From Octopus sinensis (taxonomy: Eukaryota), in contig NC_043020.1 in the NCBI RefSeq assembly GCF_006345805.1, forward strand, positions 23,002,001-23,066,000: a DNA stretch of 64,000 nucleotides, given 5' to 3'. Every line of letters begins with the position of its first letter. Within the stretch, counting starts at the first letter, position 1. This document shows, one piece after another, positions 1 to 12,614 of the stretch. Below the pieces are notes generated by a model. That model searched no databases. It saw only the letters and a program-made list of their open reading frames with translations, and had not been told where the DNA came from. The position numbers were made by a program, and so were the translations under genes.

Positions 1-467
1 ACACTGGAGCCTGGTGCAGCCTCCTGGCTTCCCAGACCCCAGTTGAACCATCCAACCCATGCTAGCATGGAAAACGTACATTAAACGATGATGATGAGTG
101 GACTACATTATCCAGTCCTCCTTTAAACAAAAACAAAGATTTGAGGAATATTTGGCTGCTATTTCTAGCAAATCAAGTGGTTTATAGTTGTTGTTCTTCA
201 GCTCCAGGTCAGCTCTGATTGAACAGAACAATGATCAAAAGCTAAAAGCTCCAGCCATGACCACTCATCATACTATTTTGTTTTTTTGGTAAAGGAACAA
301 GAGGTAGGTTAAAGTGGGTACCAAGTTGTAAGGGGCCAAACTGTTAGCACCAGACTGTAAGTTTGGTTACTGTTTTGAGAATTCTTAACAAATTCTCTCC
401 CTCCTCCCCACTTCTCCTGCTCCATTTACTTTCATTAAGTCATTTGAAAATGCTTGACATATAGTTG

Positions 468-1040
468 TAGGTGTGGCTGCATGGTAAGAAGTTTGCTTCT
501 TATTCACATGGTTCTGGGTTCAGTCCCACTGTGTGGCACTTGTGCTTATAGTCTTAGGCTGACCAAATCCTTGTGAGTGGATTTGGTAGACGGAAACTGA
601 AAGAAGCCCATTTTGTGTGTGTGTTTGTCATCATCATAATCATCCAGTGTTTTAAATCTGGGTTGTGTCCCCGTTAACAGGGATGGCCGGATCTACCTCA
701 ATGCCATAGCAACTGAGGTAGGTAGGTGCAGCCCATTCCATCCTTTGAGCTAGCACTCCAGTCATGACCACTCATCATATTTTTTTTTTTGGTAAAGGAA
801 TGAAAGTTAGGTTAAAGTATGTATGTGTTTGTCCCCCGCCCCTCCCACTATCACTTGATAACCAGTGTTGGTGTGTTTATGTACCTCCCTCTGACTTAGC
901 AGTTCATCAAAGGTGGCCTGTAAAATAAGTACTGCACTTAGAACAAAAACAAAAGTCCTGGGGGAATGTTTATTTGATTAAAATCTCTTAAAGGTGGTGC
1001 CCCAGCATGGCCACAGTCTGATGACTGTTACAAGTAAAAG
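468..1040 (+). mobile_element. tRNA-derived SINE family A (CORE-like centre, internal microsatellite, GTAAAAG tail), with extra internal sequence
   Basis: tRNA-like head gtggctgc.tggtaag...ggttcagtccc, then gtggatttggtagacggaaactg and ccagcatggcc...gactg; many copies in the window. Confidence 0.7.
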
Positions 1041-1078
1041 TTAGAAGATATTTCATACATATCCATTTTGCCTTCCAG

Positions 1079-1178
1079 GTGACGTCAATTTTAGATAAAT
1101 CGACTGTTTGGAAAGAATACAAGGACCAAAAACACGATCTTTTCATATCAGACGCCAACATATCGGGGTATCTAACAG
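1079..1178 (+). CDS. Internal coding exon of an unidentified host gene ([34 protein letters not shown])
   Basis: Acceptor ttttgccttccAG (1066-1078), donor GTaaga at 1179; 100 nt, open in frame 0, ends in phase 1; non-repetitive sequence; phase-compatible with exon at 2874. Confidence 0.7.
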
Positions 1179-2040
1179 GTAAGAACTCTTTCTTTCTTTG
1201 CACGACATCTGTTGCTTGTATTAGAATATGGTGAATATAGTAGAATGTCAGACTGTAGTTACTCTGTATGAATTAGCTCTGTATTGGGTCAGGTCAAACC
1301 AGTTCTTTCATGGTTGAACCTTTGGTGAGTAAATTGGCAGCATCACTTAAGGGGTCTAGTCTGATGTGTGGTACTTGGATGCTTACCCTGTCAAAGACAG
1401 ACAAACAAAAATAAAGGTTAGACAAACAGTTTGGATCTTCAGGTAAGTTGCAGCTTGCTTGAAGATCCTGTGCACTCACAGGTGAAACTCAGTGTAGTAC
1501 TGGCACTCTGTCTGTTACGACAATGGGTGTTCCAGTCGGTCTGGTCAGCGGAACAGCCTACTCATGAAGTTAGAGTGAAAGTGGCTGAGCCCCTCACAGA
1601 CACACATGTCCTTATCGTAGCTCTCAGGTTGATTCAGAGTGATGCAGAATGTGACAAGGCTGACCTTTTGAAATACAGCTATTATTCATTTTTACCAGCT
1701 GAGTTAATGGAACAGTGTGGAATAAGATGTCTTGCTTAAAAACACAACATACTGTTGAATGCACAATCTAGGGTTGTTTTTATGGAAGACCAGCAGTTGC
1801 CCATGCATACCAGCTTTCCCTCTCTGCACCACCGATGATATCCAAGGGAAAAGGCAAAGGCCTATACAGCTTGGCATCAGTGACATTGCAACTCATTTCT
1901 ACAGCTGAGAGAATGTGAAATAAAGTGTCTTGCTCAAGAACACAACACGCAGCCCGGTCCGGGAATTGAACTCACAACCTCACGATTGTAAGGTCATGGC
2001 TCTAACCACTGAGCCATGTGCCTTCACATGTGTGTATATT

Positions 2041-2071
<31 letters not shown>

Positions 2072-2082
<11 letters not shown>

Positions 2083-2130
2083 ACACACACACACACAATG
2101 TTAGGAAAACACTACTGAAAGGAAGATCTG
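2072..2130 (+). repeat. Left arm of a perfect ~55-bp inverted repeat
   Basis: Exact reverse complement of 3221-3280, including the (AC)7 length. Confidence 0.9.
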
Positions 2131-2154
2131 TCGTTGTTTATTTATAATACATTC

Positions 2155-2202
2155 AGGCCTGCTGATGATTACGTAAGTATGAAATCACTGTGATACAGGC
2201 CT
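2155..2202 (+). ncRNA. Type I hammerhead ribozyme, canonical core, AUA cleavage triplet
   Basis: Stem I AGGCCTG/CAGGCCT (7 bp); CTGATGA 2162-2168; stem II TAC-GTAA-GTA with U.U at 10.1/11.1; GAAA 2181-2184; stem III ATCAC-T-GTGAT; H17=A2195. Confidence 0.8.
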
Positions 2203-2456
2203 ATATTTTAAATGTCTTACTTTGAAAAAATTTCATTGGTGGGATTAGTAATATTTTTGGTAGAAATGACTGATTGTCCCTCTTAGCGTTTGGCATGTAT
2301 ATATAATGCCTCCTGGCATGTATGTATAATTATGCCTATATATAAATTAATATGTTCAATAAGAAATAATTATTTTCGAATTTTTTCTCTTATGAGGTTT
2401 TTACGCTATCTACCTGACAATTTCTTGTTAAGTTTTCCTTATAAGTGGTTGTCCTT

Positions 2457-2488
<32 letters not shown>

Positions 2489-2490
2489 GA

Positions 2491-2826
2491 TACTAGCAAG
2501 TGGCTGATATTGCTCTGGGCTCGCTCTAGGCAAGAAGTTGAACATTTTTTTTGCCCATGAAACTACATGGACCCTAAGTAAGGCATGTGTAAAATTTGAA
2601 TGAAATTGGTTGTGTAGTTCTCAAGTTTTAGGGAAATTTAGTGGAGAAGATATGTTATTGCTGTGGGCTCACTCTAGGCAAAAAGTTAAAAACTTTTTTG
2701 CCGATGACACTCCCCGGACCCTAAGTAAGGCATGTGTAAAATTTGAATGAAATTGGTTGTGTAGTTCTCAAGTTTTAGGGAAACACACAGACAGACACAC
2801 AGTCTCAGTTTTATATATATAGAGAT
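2491..2826 (+). mobile_element. Non-autonomous Helitron/Helentron-like element with ~148-bp internal duplication
   Basis: Starts TACTAG; ends acagacagacac...ttttatatatatagagat; 2508-2637 is repeated at 2656-2783. Confidence 0.5.
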
Positions 2827-2873
2827 GTATGTATTCATGTAAAAATACTTCTTTTTGTTCCCTTCCTGTTCAG

Positions 2874-2971
2874 GTCCTGGAGTTGCTGGCTACTTAACCA
2901 GTGGAGTACGTCCAAACCTGCCCGATGCCCCGCCACCTTTGGACACAAGTCACCAGGAGGAATTCCACTGA
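2874..2971 (+). CDS. Terminal coding exon of the same gene ([32 protein letters not shown])
   Basis: Strong pyrimidine tract ttctttttgttcccttcctgttcAG; continues the phase-1 codon G|GT from 1178; open to TGA at 2969-2971; GC-richer than its surroundings and followed by A-rich UTR-like sequence. Confidence 0.7.
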
Positions 2972-3220
2972 AAAACCAAAAAAAAGAAAAATGCAGAAAG
3001 TAATTTAAAATACCAAAAAATAAAAAAAAACAAACCAAAACCCCCCAAAAAAACAAAAGAAGAAAAATAAAAACAAAACCATGCAACAACAACAACAACA
3101 AAACGCAACAATAACCAAAACAATAACAACAGCAACATTGACCCCAGAATCTTTGTCTGCTGGTGGGGTGTGGTGTGGGGGTGTCTGCATCTCTGAATGT
3201 TGTGCGTGAGGCGCACAGAC

Positions 3221-3280
3221 AGATCTTCCTTTCAGTAGTGTTTTCCTAACATTGTGTGTGTGTGTGTATCATATATATAT
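3221..3280 (-). repeat. Right arm of the inverted repeat
   Basis: cagatcttcctttcagtagtgttttcctaacatt(gt)7atc. Confidence 0.9.
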
Positions 3281-3350
3281 ATATATACATATATATATAT
3301 TTATGCTTTTATACACGTGCATATCATATGTATCTGCAGTGTGTAATATA

Positions 3351-3381
<31 letters not shown>

Positions 3382-3590
3382 GTATGTATATATATAGGTC
3401 TCTATACATTAGTGTGTATATTTGTATCTGTAGTTTGTAGTAATTTGTGTATATAATATATATATATATATATACATATGTGTGTGTGTGTGTACTTGTG
3501 TACATATATCTGTACTACGTGATATGTGTATGTATGTGCATATATACATATATATATTTATGTATATATATATGTATATTTTTATGTATA

Positions 3591-3629
<39 letters not shown>

Positions 3630-4607
3630 GTGTGTGTGTATGTATATATGTGTGTGTGTATGTATATATGTGTGTGTGTATGTATATATATGTGTGTGTA
3701 TGTGTATATATATGTGTGTGTATGTATATATATGTATGTGTATATATATATATATAGGCATATGTAGTGTGTGTGTGTGCTCTCTTGTTAGAATGGTGAG
3801 CCAGATCCGCTGCTCAGTTCCGCTGCTCAGATCCGCTGCCAACCAATAGTTCCGGTGCTCTCAGACGAATGTAAACGGTATGGAACTACTCCAAGACACA
3901 GTTTGTCATATTTTGGATAGCAACAACAACTACAACACACATGGTGCTCTGTTTAATTTTTTGTTTGATTTTGATTGAAAAATATTGGTTTTTTAGAAAT
4001 TGAGTTCTTATAGCCAGGCATATATATGATCGTGTGTGTCTGGATATATGCATATATAGGCATGTTATTTGATGTGTGTATGTGTGTCTGTGTATATATA
4101 TGGATGCACATTAGTTTGTGTGTGTATGTGTACATGTATTGTCATGTCTAAAAGTATGTAAGCGTATATGTAGGCCTGTATGTGTGTGTATATATGTATA
4201 TATAAATAAAATGTATGGAAGTATGTATACATGAGTGCGTGTATATATATATATGTATATATATAGACTGTTCTATGAGCACACATGCATTGAAGTACAT
4301 ATGCAATGTCACTGTTATTATTATTATTATCATTAATAATAATTTTGAAAACAAAAGAAAAAGACTTTAATCCAAAGAATTCGATTTGGTGGCACTAAAT
4401 ACCAGGTGACGTGATTTGGTAATTGAAGAATTTCCATTCGTTTAACTGTATAATTACTATTGTTAATACAACTTCAAATTTCTGTTTCTATTATCATTAT
4501 TATTATTATTATTTTTGCGCAGAGGCGGTACCATAGCCAATGAGGGTTATCCGAGGCGTGGTTATTGCTAGTTGAAAATTATTATTATTATTATTATTAT
4601 TATTATT

Positions 4608-5160
4608 GAGTGAGAGAGCAGTGCATGCCATCAAAGTGACACTGGGGTAAAATTTACGAAGCCCAGTATACCCATCATGACTGTCTGATAAGGGTACACC
4701 AGGCACATGCATCACAACCATATGTGCGCGACATGGTGATCTCATATCAAGATAAACAGCGCATGACCTTGCAGGTGGGGCCCAGTTAGAATTTTGTTCT
4801 GGTCGAGTAGCCCATCCCGCTCAAAAGGTCCCTGAATAAGGGTTGTTTAAGGATATTGAACGAAACACCCATGTTTCCAAAGGTGAATTATTCAAACCCC
4901 AAAGAATCCCTCTCAACACACGGCTATGATGCTCCCCCACTACTTCTGCTCGTGATCAGAGATGCACATATCGTCAGCCTCTAAGGGACATGCTCTACTG
5001 GTTTAAAGTCAAACAACTAACAAGCAAATCTGTGGTATTGAGCAGAATATTTGCTGTAGCCCATCTTTTATACCAAGACAAAACACTGTACATGATAACA
5101 CTTCCAATCAGTTAAGATCAGAAGCCATGAGAGCCACTGCCTGGTACTACATCAGGGCAT
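4608..5160. repeat. Probable interspersed repeat between (TTA)n tracts
   Basis: Single copy in the window, sharply bounded by (TTA)n; no ORF; repeat status is from recollection only. Confidence 0.35.
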
Positions 5161-5189
5161 TTATTATTATTATTATTATTATTAATATT

Positions 5190-8100
5190 ATTATTATTGT
5201 CGTGATTATTTCTGAAGTGTTCAGCTGGCGCAATCATTAACATGGACAAAGTACTTAGAGGCATTTGGATTCGCTCTTTTTATGCTCTTAAGTTGAAGTG
5301 CCGCCAAGGTTGACGTTGCCTTTCGTCCTTTCAGGGTCGATGAAACAAGTACCTGTCATGCACTGGGGGGTTGACTAGTCCCTCCCCCCCCCTCACAGTA
5401 TTTCAGGCCTTGTGCCTATTGTAGAAAGAAGTTGAAAAAGAAAATTGTTATTATTATTATTAATATTTGATGAAACCTCTCAGCTTATTTTACTGGATTA
5501 TGATGGAAAGCGTCAGATGTCTACGACCTGCAGAATTAAGGTGACACTTGTTTATGGAACATGCTTCAAGAACCCTGTGGAGAACTCTTGCAGTTTCAAG
5601 CAATGATGATTTTTGTAGGTGTTAAAGTTCCATAAATTATTATTATTATTATATTATTATTATTATTAGTTTAGCTGTTTCGGTCATTTTGACAGCAGTT
5701 ATGCTGAAGTATCGCTTGGAAGGGTTTTAGTCAAACAAATTGACTCCAGGACTTTTTCGTTTTTTTTTTAAGTGTAGTACTTATTCTATTGGTTTCATTT
5801 GCTGAACTGCTAAGTTATGTAAACATAATAGACCAACCACCAGTTGTCAAGTGGTGATGAGTGATAAACACAGAGATAAGGACCCCTACACACCCACACA
5901 CATATACATATATAATGGGCTTCTTCCAGTTTCTGTCTACCAAATCCACTCACACAGCTGTGGTCAACCCAAGGCTATAGTAGAAGGTGCCACGCAATGG
6001 GACTGAACCTGGAACCATCAGGTTGGCAAGCAAGCTTCTTACCACACCGCGATGCCTGTGCCTGTTGTTATTATTATTAAAGGGGCAAGCTGGTGAAATC
6101 ATTAACATGTCAGGCAAAATGCTTAGTGGCACCCCATCTATCTTCATAGGGGTTCAAATTCAGCTGAAATTGACTTTGTCTTTCATCGTTTCAGGGTCGA
6201 TAAAAATAATTAGCAGTTGACCACCGGTGTTGCTGTAATTGACCAGTCCCCTCTTCGCCTCAAAATTTCAGGCCATGTGCCATTAATAGAGAGAATTATT
6301 AAAGCACCATTTACACTCTCGGAGTGGTTGGCGTTGTTAGGAAGGGCATCCAGCTGTAGAAACCATGCCAAATCAGATTGGAGCTTGCTGCAGCCTCCCG
6401 GCTTGTCAGTCATCCGTCAAACCATCTAACCCATGCCAGCATTGAAAGCAGACGTTAAATGATTATTATTATCATTATCATCATTATTATTATTGTTATT
6501 ATTTCTCAAGTGTTGAACTAGCAGCATCGTTAGCACAGTGGACAAAATGCTTGGTGGCGTTTCTTCTGGAATGCTCTCTGTTATGGGTTCAAATGCTGCT
6601 GAGGTCGGCTTTGTCTTTCATCTTTCAGTATTGGTTAAGATAAGTGCCAGTGAAGTGACTGGTGGGGTCTGTGTAATCAACTTACCCCTCCCCTCAAAAT
6701 GGCTCACCTTTTGCCAGAATTTGAAATCCATTATTATTATTATATTATTATTATTGTCGTGATTATTTCTGAAGTGTTCAGCTGGCGCAATCATTAACAT
6801 GGACAAAGTACTTAGAGGCATTTGGATTCGCTCTTTTTATGCTCTTAAGTTGAAGTGCCGCCAAGGTTGACGTTGCCTTTCGTCCTTTCAGGGTCGATGA
6901 AACAAGTACCTGTCATGCACTGGGGGGTTGACTAGTCCCTCCCCCCCCTCACAGTATTTCAGGCCTTGTGCCTATTGTAGAAAGAAGTTGAAAAAAAAAT
7001 TGTTATTATTATTATTAATATTTGATGAAACCTCTCAGCTTATTTTACTGGATTATGATGGAAAGCGTCAGATGTCTACGACCCTGCAGAATTAAGGTGA
7101 CACTTGTTTATGGAACATGCTTCAAGAACCCTGTGGAGAACTCTTGCAGTTTCAAGCAATGATGATTTTTGTAGGTGTTAAAGTTCCATAAATTATTATT
7201 ATTATTATTATTATTAGTTTAGCTGTTTCGGTCATTTTGACAGCAGTTATGCTGAAGTATCGCTTGGAAGGGTTTTAGTCAAACAAATTGACTCCAGGAC
7301 TTTTTCGTTTTTTTTTTAAGTGTAGTACTTATTCTATTGGTTTCATTTGCTGAACTGCTAAGTTATGTAAACATAATAGACCAACACCAGTTGTCAAGTG
7401 GTGATGAGTGATAAACACAGAGATAAGGACCCCTACACACCCACACACATATACATATATAATGGGCTTCTTCCAGTTTCTGTCTACCAAATCCACTCAC
7501 ACAGCTGTGGTCAACCCAAGGCTATAGTAGAAGGTGCCACGCAATGGGACTGAACCTGGAACCATCAGGTTGGCAAGCAAGCTTCTTACCACACCGCGAT
7601 GCCTGTGCCTGTTGTTATTATTATTAAAGGGGCAAGCTGGTGAAATCATTAACTGTCAGGCAAAATGCTTAGTGGCACCCCATCTATCTTCATAGGGGTT
7701 CAAATTCAGCTGAAATTGACTTTGTCTTTCAATCGTTTCAGGGTCGATAAAAATAATTAGCAGTTGACCACCGGTGTTGCTGTAATTGACCAGTCCCCTC
7801 TTCGCCTCAAAATTTCAGGCCATGTGCCATAATAGAGAGAATTATTAAAGCACCATTTACACTCTCGGAGTGGTTGGCGTTGTTAGGAAGGGCATCCAGC
7901 TGTAGAAACCATGCCAAATCAGATTGGAGCTTGCTGCAGCCTCCCGGCTTGTCAGTCATCCGTCAACCATCTAACCCATGCCAGCATTGAAAGCAGACGT
8001 TAAATGATTATTATTATCATTATCATCATTATTATTTTGTTATTATTTCTCAAGTGTTGAACTAGCAGCATCGTTAGCACAGTGGACAAAATGCTTGGTG

Positions 8101-8298
8101 GCGTTTCTTCTGGAATGCTCTCTGTTATGGGTTCAAATGCTGCTGAGGTCGGCTTTGTCTTTCATCTTTCAGTATTGGTTAAGATAAGTGCCAGTGAAGT
8201 GACTGGTGGGGTCTGTGTAATCAACTTACCCCTCCCCTCAAAATGGCTCACCTTTTGCCAGAATTTGAAATCCATTATTATTATTATTATTATTATTG
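5190..8298. repeat. ~1.55-kb tandem duplication (SINE mosaic)
   Basis: 5190-6745 is nearly identical to 6746-8298, differing mainly by single-base indels. Confidence 0.9.
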
Positions 8299-8778
8299 TC
8301 GAAGAAATCATTAATACTATTTTCTCTGTATATATGAAACACATGATATTAAAAAAAAATGATTTTAAAAAAAAAAGAAAAAAATTGACAAAGAGAAGGG
8401 AACAGAAACAAGCATATGTACAGTTGCTCCAGCTTGGTCATTGGCAGTGGTTAGAGAATCAGACGAAGAAGAGGAAATATATAGTTAATTGAGGTGTTGT
8501 TGTAGTAGTTGTGTAGTTGTATGAGGAAGACCTGTAAGGACCAAATTATCAGGTGGGAAAATTCTAAATGCAAAGGATTCTGAGGGGCAGGATTGAGAGG
8601 AAAAAAAAGGGTTAAGTTTTCAACAACTACTCTGTGTTTGTGTGTGTGTCTGTGTGAATGAGAGAGAAAAGCAATGTTGAAATGGAGAAGTACACGAAAA
8701 AGGAAATACCTTCGCAGAGAAAGTGTCATGGAATTTTAGACAACAGGGAACAAAATAAATGTGAAATTATACACACTA

Positions 8779-8827
<49 letters not shown>

Positions 8828-9237
8828 CACACGTGTGTGAGTATATGTAACCCGTGCTAGCGCGGGAAACGGACGTTAAACGATGATGATATGTACATAT
8901 ATATATATAATATATATATATATACACATACACATGAGTATATATACACGTGTGAGTTGTATATATATATGTATATGTATAATGACCTTGCTATATATAC
9001 ACGTGTGAGCATATATATATATAAACACTTGAGTTTTATATATGTATAAGTATGTGTGTGTGTGTATGTATAATGACCTTGCTATATATACATGTGTGAG
9101 TATATATATATGTGTGTGTGTGTGTGTATGAGTATATATATATCTATATATATATGTGTGTATGTATATGTATAATGACCTTGCTATATATACACGTGTG
9201 AGATATATATATATATATATAGATATACACACACGTG

Positions 9238-9278
<41 letters not shown>

Positions 9279-9287
9279 TGTGTATAA

Positions 9288-9321
<34 letters not shown>

Positions 9322-9806
9322 ATGTATAATGACCTCTTGCTCAGCTTCTTTTTCGGCTGAGTGGGTATTATGTATGCTCTATTGGTTCTTTTCAGCTGGT
9401 TACCTGGTTTGTTCCTGTTCATCTTTTGTGCTCTTTCAAGTAGATAAATTTACAAAACCCCTACTCCCCCCAATAATCCACTTAACTCATGCCTTGATAA
9501 AAACGAAAAAAAACCCCCAAATTTAATAAAATGATCCCTTTTTATATTTTGGTTCAGAATCCAAGAGCTTGATTTAATATTCGTTTTAAAATCCCTTTTT
9601 GTTTTGTTGCTTTCAAAGAATCACCATTTTTTGTTACTTTTACTTTTTTTTTTATTCTACAGAAGACTTGGTTTTGTGCTGTACAGTCACAATCACACAC
9701 ATGTGTGCGTATATGCTTATATACATTGTTCATACATTCGTGCCGATGTGTACACAAGCATATGTATTTTACACACACATATATACACATAAGCATGTAT
9801 ATGTTT

Positions 9807-9840
<34 letters not shown>

Positions 9841-10569
9841 ACATATATATATCCCCTACACAAGCATGAATATATAAATTGTATATTTTTACAAATATAC
9901 ACAAAATATATCTATATGATCATGGAAAAGCGACGATAATGATATATACATACATGTACATAATTTAAGTATATATATATATACGCACATACACACACAC
10001 AGACATGATCCCACCCATGCCAGCTTGGAAAGTGAACGTCAAATGAACATGGTTATATATATATAATATCTGTGCATCATCAGATCACTCACAATATTTG
10101 TATTATATATCAGCAGAGATTTTTTTTTCTTTAAAAGACAAAATAATTGTAGATTAATGATTTACTTGTTCTATCATATATATATATGTATATATATATG
10201 CATACACATATACATACTGACCTACATACATACGCACATATATAACATATATATATATTATATATACACACACTCACTAACGTTATACATTTTGGTCGAA
10301 CAGTAATTATGGTGAAATTCTGACATTGTGTATAAGGGAGAAGTGTCTTGCCATATTGAGAAGTGTGGCTTAAAAGAAGAAAAAAAAACAAAAAAAAAAA
10401 ACTGGACAATAAACAATATTATCAAGGGTACATAATACTCAAGTACCCAGGACAAATCAGGGGTATGTGGTACTTGGGTACTCAGAACAATAAGAAAATA
10501 CTCTGTGTATAATTTCTCTTGCAAATTGTTAAATTTGTTATAAATGTTAACTTTGGCTTTGTTGTTATT

Positions 10570-10965
10570 TCAATACTCTTTTACTTGTTTCAGTCATTTG
10601 ACTGTGGCCATGCTGGAGCATCGCCTTTAGTCAAGCAAATCGACCCCGGGACTTATTCTTTGTAAGCCTAGTATTTATTCTATCGGTCTCTTTTGCCAAA
10701 CCGTTAAGTGACGGGGATGCAAACACACCAGCATCGGTTGTCAAGCGATGTTGGGGGGACAAACACAGACACACAAACACACACATATATATATACATAT
10801 ACACGACGGGCTTCTTTCAGTTTCCGTCTACCAAATCCACTCACAAGGCTTTGGTCGGCTCGAGGCTATAGTAAAAGACACTTGCCCAAAGTGCCATACA
10901 GTGGGACTGAACCCGGAACCATGTGGTTAGTAAGCAAGCTACTTACCACACAGCCACTCCTGCGC
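10570..10965 (-). mobile_element. SINE family A
   Basis: Full head-core-microsatellite-body-tail layout on the minus strand. Confidence 0.85.
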
Positions 10966-11329
10966 CGATGTTTACAAAATGTTTTTTGTTTTGTTGTTGC
11001 TGAGATGAGAGAATCTGTGGTTCTGTAGTTGCACAGCCTGTTATTGTTTTGTTCCAGGTCGGTTTTAATCGAGCAGTTTCGGGATCAAATGTGGTCCAAC
11101 CGTGACCATCCTGACTAACTAGAACTTCATTGTCTAGATGACTTATAGTTTTCTTAAGCTGGTAAGGTGTAACTTGAGGGAGATCTGGCTGCTATTTCAA
11201 GGACAATAATTAACTGTATTTGAGTGCAGGCATGGTTAAGAATTATAATTTTTTAAGGAATGAGGTCCCAGGTTCAATTCCACTTCACGTCACCTTAGGC
11301 GAGTGTCTTTTATTGAATCTTTTGGTCAA

Positions 11330-11685
11330 GTATTCTTTCGTTTCAGTCATTTGACTGCGGCCATGCTGGAGCACCAACTTTAGTCAAGCAAATCGACCCC
11401 AATACTTATTCTTTGGAAACCTAGTTCTTATATTATTGGCCTCTTTTGCCGAACCGCTAAGTTACGGGGACGTAAACACATCAGCATCTGTTGTCAAGTG
11501 ATAAGGGACAAACACGCGCACACACACACACCCATTTACGATGGGCTTCTTTCAATTTCCATCTGCCATTGGTCGGCCTGAGGCTATAGTAGGAGACATT
11601 TGCCCAAGGTGCCACACAGTAGAACTGAACCCAGAACCATGTGGCTAGGAAGCAAGCTTCTTACCACACAGCCACACCTGCGCCT
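11330..11685 (-). mobile_element. SINE family A
   Basis: Same layout as 10570-10965. Confidence 0.8.
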
Positions 11686-11889
11686 ATGTATTTGACGAAA
11701 ACTAAACCCTGTTAGATGAAATTGTAATTTAAGGGGCTGACGTACTTACATAATATCACACTGTCTGTCTTAGGAATACTCAGCCTTTAGTCTGAGCTAC
11801 ATATTGCATTATGTAGTAATTGTAATAACCCCCCCACACACACATATATATGTATATACAGCGGACGTTAAACGATGATGATGATGTAT

Positions 11890-12332
11890 GTATGAGGCAA
11901 TGCTGAAAGACCAAGACCTCTGGAGATATGCTGTGACTGTGAAGACCCGGCAAATAAAGTGAGTTCACGGCTTTTGCATAACCAGCCTCAGTCCATTCAA
12001 AAGTACCTTGGATCGTGGGGCGACCTATTGAGTCAAGTACATCAACATCAAAATGAAAATCAAATGGAAATAGTAGTTGTGATACCCGTGCCGGTGGCAC
12101 GTATAAAGCACCAACCGATCGTAGCAGTTGCCAACCTCCTCTGGCTCCTGTGCGGATGGCACGTAAAAAGCACCCCCTACACTCACAGAGTGGGTGGCAA
12201 TGGGAAGGGCATCCAGCTGTAGAAACACTGCCTGATCAGACTGGGCCTGGTGCAGCCTTCTGGCTTCCCAGATCCTCGGTCGAACCGTCCAAACCATGCT
12301 AGCATGGAAAACGGACGCTAAACGATGATGAT
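11890..12332 (+). mobile_element. 3' end of an RTE-like LINE (or LINE-tailed SINE) with (GAT)n tail
   Basis: EAMLKDQDLWRYAVTVKTR* resembles an RTE C-terminus; the tail gggcatccagctgtagaaac...aaacgatgatga also occurs at 1-95, 6300-6465 and 7850-8010. Confidence 0.6.
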
Positions 12333-12507
12333 ATGTATGTATGTGTGTATATATATGTATGTGTGTGTGTGTGTATATAATATATATATATATATGGATG
12401 TGTATGTATGTATGTGTAGGGAGAGTTTACGAAAAAAACAAAAGACGAAGACAAGTGGTGTACAAAACAAACAGATGTATTAGTATAACGCTCAGGAATA
12501 GAAAAAG

Positions 12508-12545
12508 TCTTTTACGTTTCGAGCCTACGCTCTTCTACAGAAAGG
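12508..12545 (-). ncRNA. Minimal type I HHR motif, A6U core variant
   Basis: Minus strand: CCTTT CTGTAGA A GAGC-GTAG-GCTC GAAA CG TA AAAGA; lies in a pLTR-like remnant ending in (TA)n. Confidence 0.65.
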
Positions 12546-12568
12546 GACACAGATGGTATATATATATA

Positions 12569-12613
<45 letters not shown>

Positions 12614-12614
12614 G

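Noticed and set aside
2072-3280. Single MITE defined by the 55-bp inverted repeats
   Set aside because: The interior holds an exon that is phase-compatible with an exon outside the arms, so it is unlikely to be one transposed unit.
4940-4980. Minus-strand CTGACGA as an HHR
   Set aside because: No GAAA and no stem II, III or I register.
9330-9440. Minus-strand [16 protein letters not shown]... as an exon
   Set aside because: Poor acceptor and no recognisable motif.
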